Of a DNA stretch of 31,472 bases, positions 25,795 to 31,472 are shown one piece after another. Each line of letters opens with the position of its first letter. Position 1 is the first letter of the stretch. Both the position numbers and the translations under genes were made by a program. The stretch comes from a virus (lineage: Duplodnaviria > Caudoviricetes): the IMG/VR virus record IMGVR_UViG_3300037424_001374, positions 1-31,472 of that record; one strand, 5' to 3'. The notes under the pieces are model-generated. The model saw only the letters and a program-made list of their open reading frames with translations. It was not told where the DNA came from and searched no databases.

Positions 25795-26332
25795 TTTTAT
25801 TCAAATAATCATCATAGTGTTTATTCATTGCTTCCCTCGATTGTTCTGCAACTCCATCAAGAAAGTCTAAGTCAGAATCAGTCATAATGAAATAGGTATC
25901 AATCATCCTCTTTGCCTCAGCAATTTCAATGTCAATCACCTGTTTTATTTTTGAACATAATTCAAACTCCTGCTCAATCTCATATTTTCTTAGATACAAA
26001 CTCCAGTTAATTGTTGTTGATATTAAAGATTGCAAGACATCTTCTTTGCTGCAGCTTATAAAACCTTCTTCAAGCCAGTCAAAAGCCTCCTTATCTTCTT
26101 TGTCAAGTGTGCTGAACTCGATGATATTATCGAGAACACCAACAATTTCTTCTAATGTCATCATTGTACTTCTTTTTTGTAAGATATATTTCCTGAGGTT
26201 TAATCCAGGGGTGTTAAGAATTTCACGTTTTCTTCTATCCAACGCTTCTTGAAGCTCCCTTAATTTTTGAGACTGAAGCCATTTTCTGTAAACTTTATTT
26301 TCCTCGTTCTTCATTGTATATAGGTTTTTCAT
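25787..26332 (-). CDS. Hypothetical protein with UVR-like helical hairpin motif
   Basis: YEIEQEFELCSKIK resembles the E-x-Y/F-E-x-A-x-x-I/L motif. Confidence 0.65.
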   Translation of the reverse strand: MKNLYTMKNEENKVYRKWLQSQKLRELQEALDRRKREILNTPGLNLRKYILQKRSTMMTLEEIVGVLDNIIEFSTLDKEDKEAFDWLEEGFISCSKEDVLQSLISTTINWSLYLRKYEIEQEFELCSKIKQVIDIEIAEAKRMIDTYFIMTDSDLDFLDGVAEQSREAMNKHYDDYLNKND

Positions 26333-26411
26333 TTATCTCATTTATCAACTCAATAATCTTATCAAGTTTGTTGTTGAGATTTAATAGCTGTTGGAGTATT
26401 TCTTCGTTCAT
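26295..26411 (-). CDS. 38-aa coiled-coil peptide MNEEILQQLLNLNNKLDKIIELINEINEKPIYNEERGK
   Basis: Hand translation; fills an intergenic gap; preceded by TATTTATAA and AGGA. Confidence 0.6.
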   Translation of the reverse strand: MNEEILQQLLNLNNKLDKIIELINEINEKPIYNEERGK

Positions 26412-26451
26412 ATATCCTATGTTTGTGTACTTATAAATAGTAGAAAAAAAT

Positions 26452-26937
26452 TTAGTTTCCGTATTTTATGGTTTCCACAAGATTTTCTTTTGATAATGGA
26501 GCCACGAATTTGAAGACCTTCTTATCTTTATTGTGGTCATTCTTTTGAAGGGATTCCAGTTTCCAACTGTACATTGTTGGGTCCATTGGTAATTCATAAA
26601 TTCTCAAACAATCTTTAAAGAAGTTGAAGTAATATACTGGTAGGGTTTCTGGGTCTATATTTCTCGTATCAAGATGTTGACGGATTCCTTCCACCTTATT
26701 AAACTCAACATAAGCTCCTCCCCATTTATCAATTTGAGATGAAGTATATTGTGTCCTCACTTTTATTTCTACAAGACTTTCTGTCGACCCTGACAACATC
26801 CAGTTATCAAATGGAGCATATTTATACATTGGCTCCTGGTGCAGATAAATCTGTTGCATCTTCTTTGTTGAAGAGAACCAGCTCATCGCTTCTTGTTCCC
26901 TCATTGCTTTTTGTTCAAATGATTGTTCCTTATTCAT
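26452..26937 (-). CDS. PD-(D/E)XK family nuclease
   Basis: EQEA helix, APFDNW and LVEIKVR catalytic pattern. Confidence 0.75.
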   Translation of the reverse strand: MNKEQSFEQKAMREQEAMSWFSSTKKMQQIYLHQEPMYKYAPFDNWMLSGSTESLVEIKVRTQYTSSQIDKWGGAYVEFNKVEGIRQHLDTRNIDPETLPVYYFNFFKDCLRIYELPMDPTMYSWKLESLQKNDHNKDKKVFKFVAPLSKENLVETIKYGN

Positions 26938-26977
26938 CTTCCTATGTTTTATTATAAATATTCAAAAAAATTAAAAA

Positions 26978-27655
26978 TCAGAGAAATCTCGAAAAATAAT
27001 TCATTAATTCCTTATTATTTCTTATAAGATTCATTGTTCGTCTATTGCTTGCTCGAACTGCTTCGCCCGTCATTCCATATATCCTGGCCACCTCTACATC
27101 TGTTTTGACCTCTTGGTCAAGGAGTCCCCATCTGCAAATAAAGATGTCCCAAGCTCTTTGCTTTACTTTTGGTAATTGAGAGTAAACAAGTTCAAGGTCC
27201 AACTCATCCATCTCAAGCTGAATTTCATCAGCAATCTCGATGACCTCACCATCTTCATTCTCCTGGCATAAATCGACATAAGTGGCATAATGGTATTCTC
27301 CGTCAATTTTCGTTCTTCTAATGATATGTGTGTATCTCCTGAGGTATGAAATTATTGCATTAATTATGTTAACGTAGCAGAACAGAGCAAAATCCCTGGT
27401 TGGTTGGTTATACTTGGCAATTGAGTTGGCAATTGCTTCATTTCCAACTTGAATCAGTTCAAATAGGAGGTCATCTGTGCATTCATTCATCCTTACTTTT
27501 TTGTTTATAGCTTTCACAATTAGCCTTTGGCAGGATTCCGCAAGTTTATCTTTTTCTTTTTTTTGAATGGCGAGGGAGTTTGCCTCTTCTCTTGGAAGCG
27601 GGTCATATCTCTTTGCAGATAAAGAATCTCGATATTGGCTAAATGTTTGGTTCAT
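26978..27655 (-). CDS. Sigma-70 family RNA polymerase sigma factor (start moved to ATG 27655)
   Basis: Region 2 ELIQVGNEAIANSIAKYN..FALFCYVNIINAI; region 4 RWGL..KTDVEVARIYGMTGEAVR. Confidence 0.85.
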   Translation of the reverse strand: MNQTFSQYRDSLSAKRYDPLPREEANSLAIQKKEKDKLAESCQRLIVKAINKKVRMNECTDDLLFELIQVGNEAIANSIAKYNQPTRDFALFCYVNIINAIISYLRRYTHIIRRTKIDGEYHYATYVDLCQENEDGEVIEIADEIQLEMDELDLELVYSQLPKVKQRAWDIFICRWGLLDQEVKTDVEVARIYGMTGEAVRASNRRTMNLIRNNKELMNYFSRFL

Positions 27656-27661
27656 CTCTTG

Positions 27662-27684
27662 CTCTCTTTTTAATAAATAGGCAA
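27662..27684 (-). promoter_or_regulatory. 23-bp element TTGCCTATTTATTAAAAAGAGAG (promoter-like), inverted copy of 29277-29299
   Basis: Exact reverse complement of 29277-29299; lies just before the sigma ATG. Confidence 0.7.
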
Positions 27685-27689
27685 AAAAA

Positions 27690-28055
27690 TTAAGAACCAA
27701 GTTCATTAACAAGTTTTTTGAATAGTTCCAGGTGTATATCTTCGAACTCATTGATTGGCCTTCGAAGAAAAAACATCACACTTATAACAAGTTTATTTAT
27801 GAAGGTTGCCTCAATTGCCCTGGATGTTGGTTCGTTGAATGATATGATTGGAGTTGCTGATGGGTCTGCAAGTGGATAATCAAGATAAAACTCATTTAGA
27901 GCTGTTTTAAGCAACTTTTTCTTTTCTTCTACCTCTGAGGTTGACTGGAAGTTAAATCGCAGCGTAGTATCAAGATAAATGCTTCTGGAGGGAAATGAGA
28001 TAACTCCAACTTCTGTTGAACCGAATCTCTTGCGTAATTGTTTTCTTCCTGCCAT
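27690..28055 (-). CDS. Hypothetical protein
   Basis: 121 aa; first gene of the minus-strand arm. Confidence 0.7.
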   Translation of the reverse strand: MAGRKQLRKRFGSTEVGVISFPSRSIYLDTTLRFNFQSTSEVEEKKKLLKTALNEFYLDYPLADPSATPIISFNEPTSRAIEATFINKLVISVMFFLRRPINEFEDIHLELFKKLVNELGS

Positions 28056-28254
28056 ATATAATTATAAGAAATGGAAGGATGAAATTCAAGGGTTGCTTCA
28101 AATTTTGTTGGACTTAATTTACAAGATTAGTTAAGTGGAAGGTGGATTTATTAAAATGCTTATGGAGAACTCTTATATGTAGAGATATATCGTGGATTTT
28201 AATGCACTACACTATATATCCTTCAATTTAATTAATATTCTTAATGTTATATAT

Positions 28255-28415
28255 ATACCTACAAAACGTGTGTATGGAGAGCAAAACACTAAATACCTTA
28301 TTTACAAGTACTTATAGAATTCTCCATACACACAAAACGTGTGTCCTTCCATACATACAAAACGTGTGTATGGAGAATTTACCCATTTCATACATACAAA
28401 ACGTGTGTATGGAAG
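28255..28415. repeat. Four palindromic iteron-like repeats; candidate replication origin or operator array
   Basis: Core ACAAAACGTGTGT at 28261, 28332, 28357 and 28396 inside CCATACAYAC-AAAAC-GTGTGTATGG; AT-rich tract at 28225-28257; located at the strand-switch point. Confidence 0.85.
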
Positions 28416-28583
28416 TTAAAAAGTTATTAACATTTTTGCTTATGTACTTGATTTTTGTTTTTTCAATCTATATACTTAAAAAAGCAGCTCACATATCTGC
28501 AACTATATGTGCGGAGTTCCTGGGGGGTAATTACCCCAGGTTCCCATCTCCGATAAAAATGGGAAGTTAAAAATGGGAATAAA

Positions 28584-29054
28584 ATGATTGCAATTAAAAA
28601 ACACACTCCAACAAAAGGAGATTACTTTCAGCCAAGCACTTCCATCAGGAAGATGTTCAAAGGCAAATTTGAAGCTTGGTATTTATACGAAGAATTTATT
28701 AGCAACACTGAATCTTTTATGGAGAAGAAAACAAAGAAAGATTTGATGAAAGCAACTGGACTTAAAGAGAGAGGTTGGATTAAAGCAATATCTGACCTTC
28801 AGGATATGGGATTTTTGGAGATAGAAACTTCTTATAAAAAAGAAACATTTGGGAAGATATATCACTTCTCTTCTACACCGATTAAATCCAAAAAGAAAAT
28901 AGAAGAAGAACTTGCCGAACTACAAAAAAAGCAGGAACAAGAAAAGAAGGTTAACATAATTGTTGATGATTCCAATATTTCTGTTGTAACAGTTGAAGAA
29001 TTAATGAGTCCACTTGGATGTGGGTTTGATGATAGTGTTGATTTACCATTTTAA
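28584..29054 (+). CDS. Winged-helix protein, putative replication initiator, with SSB-like acidic tail
   Basis: TKKDLMKATGLKERGWIKAISDLQDMGFLEI wHTH pattern; C-terminus GFDDSVDLPF; adjacent to the repeat array. Confidence 0.6.
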   Translation: MIAIKKHTPTKGDYFQPSTSIRKMFKGKFEAWYLYEEFISNTESFMEKKTKKDLMKATGLKERGWIKAISDLQDMGFLEIETSYKKETFGKIYHFSSTPIKSKKKIEEELAELQKKQEQEKKVNIIVDDSNISVVTVEELMSPLGCGFDDSVDLPF

Positions 29055-29088
29055 AGCAAATCTTTAAACAAAAAAAGAAAGAGATTTA

Positions 29089-29120
29089 TTTGCAGGAATA
29101 ATCAGAAGTTATTATCTTTG
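29089..29120 (+). promoter_or_regulatory. Bacteroidota-type sigma promoter TTTG-N20-TATCTTTG
   Basis: Matches the -33 TTTG and -7 TAnnTTTG consensus with canonical spacing. Confidence 0.6.
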
Positions 29121-29122
29121 AA

Positions 29123-29227
29123 AAATCTTTGTTAACAAGTAAGGAAGCACTACCCTAAAAGCAACAAAGTTTAAGCTCTGATGCCAAGTAGGGAAGTACC
29201 ACCCCGAAAAGTAGCAGAGCTTTTTTT
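29123..29227 (+). ncRNA. Candidate small RNA made of two tandem ~50-nt structured units
   Basis: Two imperfect repeats with compensatory base pairs; upstream promoter match and 3' T7 tract. Confidence 0.6.
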
Positions 29228-29276
29228 ATATGCTTCAAGAAAAAAGTTACTAACATTTTTTGGTTTTTCCTTTTTG

Positions 29277-29299
29277 TTGCCTATTTATTAAAAAGAGAG
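29277..29299 (+). promoter_or_regulatory. 23-bp element TTGCCTATTTATTAAAAAGAGAG (promoter-like)
   Basis: Exact inverted copy at 27662-27684; precedes the early gene run. Confidence 0.7.
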
Positions 29300-29365
29300 A
29301 GAAACTCTCTTTGAGAATTTATTAAAAACAATCAGCAAAGTTGCTGACTTAAAAAATTAAAGAAA

Positions 29366-29863
29366 ATGAAATTAATAGCAATTATTTTTACTTTATCGCT
29401 TCTTGGCTGGGGAACGACCAGAATTGTAAAAAATGTTCAATTTGATATTGAATGTGAAGGTCATCTTAACCTTGCAGCAAATGCAAACACAATTGAGATT
29501 GCAAGTTCTGAACTTTGCATTGCACTTGAATATTTAAGAGAACAAGGTTTAACCAAAGGATATACATCAATTGTTTATAATACACCAAATGAAGATATTG
29601 GATTTTGGTATAACAATTTAAAAGAATCTCACAATGAACTTTTATCAATTAGTGATTCTGCCAGTGCTTTAGAAAAAAGCAATGTACTAATTAAGCTAAG
29701 GGAAACTTTAATTGGACACAGTGAAAATGGAGAATATATTACCAAACCTTATGGAATTTCAATTGCACCAAACAATGTAGTATTCTTTTGGTGGGGAATT
29801 GGAAGTTTGATTGGAATGATTGGATTTTGGTTTAAAGCACTTGGAAAATATTGGAAAATATAA
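29366..29863 (+). CDS. Membrane protein with N- and C-terminal TM helices
   Basis: LIAIIFTLSLLGWG and VVFFWWGIGSLIGMIGFWF flank a soluble domain. Confidence 0.8.
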   Translation: MKLIAIIFTLSLLGWGTTRIVKNVQFDIECEGHLNLAANANTIEIASSELCIALEYLREQGLTKGYTSIVYNTPNEDIGFWYNNLKESHNELLSISDSASALEKSNVLIKLRETLIGHSENGEYITKPYGISIAPNNVVFFWWGIGSLIGMIGFWFKALGKYWKI

Positions 29864-30162
29864 GTAGTTACCAGAAGCTTAAAAGAAAAATAGATGAAAT
29901 TGAATTGAAATATATCAATGATATTGAACTACTTGTGAATGGAACAAACTCAGAAAAGTTTTTATTCTCTCAGATATATAATAGGAGAAAAAATCTTAAA
30001 AGAGAATTTGAATCGCACATTTGGTTTGGTTCATCTGAACCAACAACGGTTGAAAAGATGCAAATTATAATGGATGGGATGCCAATAAACAAAACGAAGA
30101 ATGATGAAAGAAGAAATAAACAATGCAGCAGAAGAACTTTGTGCGCTTTGGCGAAAAGATGA
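29851..30162 (+). CDS. Hypothetical protein
   Basis: 103 aa, TTG start, overlaps both neighbours. Confidence 0.55.
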   Translation: MENISSYQKLKRKIDEIELKYINDIELLVNGTNSEKFLFSQIYNRRKNLKREFESHIWFGSSEPTTVEKMQIIMDGMPINKTKNDERRNKQCSRRTLCALAKR

Positions 30163-30721
30163 AGATGCAATTGCAGATGAAGAGTTTGATGGATTTCACT
30201 TCAGATATAAAATAAAGTGCAAATATTTTGAAATGAATACGGTGGTTGATTATCCAAGCGGTCAGAAAAGAACCAATGTATATGTTGACCCAAATTATAT
30301 TGATTTTAATAAATACAAATACGAGTATATTTCAAAGCACAAAGAGTGGAGTTGGAGAAAGTTTCGATTCATCATTGTTGAAGAAACTCATCAAAGCAAT
30401 CTTCTTTACACAAAAGAGTTGATTGAAACATTGTATTACAAAATTAATTTTTGTAAAAATAACAAAACAACTCTGTTTCCGCTTCCTTATTTAATTGAAA
30501 AACAAAAGAAGGAAATTACTGTGTTTGAAATGCCAATATATAATTCTCTCATTGAGAAGGAAGGTGAAGAATTTTATTTATCAGATAATGATTTTGATAA
30601 TCTTCTTTCGGAGATTCAACTAAAATGGTTTAGAATCCCTTCAATGTCAGAAAAAGATATAATGGCCATTAAACTGCCAGGTACAAATAAAATAGCAAAA
30701 AGAATAACCACAAAAGAATGA
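30101..30721 (+). CDS. Hypothetical protein
   Basis: 206-aa ORF. Confidence 0.75.
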   Translation: MMKEEINNAAEELCALWRKDEDAIADEEFDGFHFRYKIKCKYFEMNTVVDYPSGQKRTNVYVDPNYIDFNKYKYEYISKHKEWSWRKFRFIIVEETHQSNLLYTKELIETLYYKINFCKNNKTTLFPLPYLIEKQKKEITVFEMPIYNSLIEKEGEEFYLSDNDFDNLLSEIQLKWFRIPSMSEKDIMAIKLPGTNKIAKRITTKE

Positions 30722-30945
30722 TGGAATCAAATTATATACATCCTAATTTTAGTCCAAGCGACAATCAAGAATATATTGATGTAGTCAATGCAATAAGAAT
30801 GAAATGCAGCAAAATGAAAAGTGGGGATACTTTATACATCACACAGGAAGAATATGACATTCTTGAAGATGCAGCACACGAAACAATGAAAGGTCAAGGT
30901 CATCAATGTTATGGTGTATTTTTGGAGATAAAGAAAGAAGAATGA
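30718..30945 (+). CDS. Hypothetical protein
   Basis: 75 aa with ATGA overlap. Confidence 0.7.
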   Translation: MMESNYIHPNFSPSDNQEYIDVVNAIRMKCSKMKSGDTLYITQEEYDILEDAAHETMKGQGHQCYGVFLEIKKEE

Positions 30946-31139
30946 TGGAACCAGGAAAAATATTGCGAACTGACGAAAGCAGAAGAACAATAATATATTA
31001 CTTTTCAAATTCAAACAATTTATTAAATAATAATTCATTTGTAAGAATTGATGATTCTGGAGCAAGAATTGGTTCGATTGATTACGAACTATATGACATT
31101 CAAAAGTTGATGGAGAAAATAAAAAGAAAACATTGTTGA
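30942..31139 (+). CDS. Hypothetical protein (start moved to 30942)
   Basis: ATGA overlap with the upstream stop. Confidence 0.65.
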   Translation: MMEPGKILRTDESRRTIIYYFSNSNNLLNNNSFVRIDDSGARIGSIDYELYDIQKLMEKIKRKHC

Positions 31140-31327
31140 TGAATAATTGGTGCAAACTTCCTGAAGGAAAAACTGAATTATGGCTGGAATACTTATGGTG
31201 GAGGCACGAAGTTCTACAGAAGAAAGAATATGATGATATTGACTTATACTTTAAAGAAGAAGAATTTGCGCAGGAATTGATTGATAAAAGAAAAATAAAA
31301 GATGAAAGAGAAAATCTGGAGATATAA
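31139..31327 (+). CDS. Hypothetical protein (start moved to 31139)
   Basis: TGATG overlap with the upstream stop. Confidence 0.65.
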   Translation: MNNWCKLPEGKTELWLEYLWWRHEVLQKKEYDDIDLYFKEEEFAQELIDKRKIKDERENLEI

Positions 31328-31391
31328 TGAACAAACTGGCCAATGGGAACTTACAATAAAAGAAAGAAAACTTGCAACAAATGCAAATTAA
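31302..31391 (+). CDS. 29-aa peptide MKEKIWRYNEQTGQWELTIKERKLATNAN (paralogue of 1341-1430)
   Basis: Hand translation; A-rich leader; shares EKIWR..E....W.LTIK. Confidence 0.65.
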   Translation: MKEKIWRYNEQTGQWELTIKERKLATNAN

Positions 31392-31472
31392 CCCTTCCAA
31401 TTGATTCCTTCTATGCTGATGCAAAGAATGTTGATGGATTCAAGGGGACTTGCAAGAAGTGCGTTCTTTTTG
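31342..31472. repeat. Terminal direct repeat, right copy
   Basis: 130/131 identity to 1-131. Confidence 0.97.

Noticed and set aside
7516-26957. Many 60-136 aa antisense or alternate-frame ORFs within structural genes (for example Pro-rich 12613-12897)
   Set aside because: They are shadows of biased codons in real genes, with no motifs or initiation context
28255-28415. CRISPR mini-array
   Set aside because: Units are irregularly spaced (71, 25 and 39 bp between cores) without uniform unique spacers, and no cas genes are present
28244-28570. 108-aa ORF with repeated QNVCME
   Set aside because: It is a translation of the DNA repeats and runs through promoter-like and leader structures; probably spurious
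31327-31359. 10-aa ORF MNKLANGNLQ coupled to the upstream stop
   Set aside because: Too short and overlapped by the better-supported 29-aa peptide in another frame
1-31472. Stop-codon reassignment
   Set aside because: Long genes are intact and densely packed under the standard bacterial code

Overview
The window is an apparently complete ~31.3 kb AT-rich tailed-phage genome. Bases 1-131 repeat at 31342-31472, indicating a circular assembly. A tape measure protein, a tube-like tail protein and a frameshifting tail chaperone suggest a siphovirus-like virion. A Bacteroidota host is inferred only from TTTG..TAnnTTTG promoter matches, A-rich leaders without Shine-Dalgarno sites and a Q-rule signal peptide. 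The minus strand (about 2.3-28.1 kb) carries a sigma-70 factor, a PD-(D/E)XK nuclease, terminases, tail, head and portal genes and a holin-like gene. The plus strand (28.6 kb round to 2.1 kb) carries a winged-helix replication-initiator-like gene and small early genes, and a palindromic repeat cluster (candidate origin) sits at the divergence point. I recognise no integrase, polymerase, helicase or endolysin. The most striking element ends the late operon (minus strand, 2165-2415). It is a 62-nt minimal tmRNA tRNA-like domain with a G3-U70 alanine acceptor and no internal mRNA-like domain. It is followed immediately by an SsrA-tag-like frame (TNDKQLMAA*), embedded in several long-range complementarities, and overlapped by an uncalled 24-aa membrane peptide. 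Other uncalled elements are two paralogous 29-aa peptides, a tandem RNA motif with compensatory base changes, a conserved late-promoter motif, and a sulfotransferase within the tail-fibre genes. All product calls come from motif recognition by eye, not database searches.
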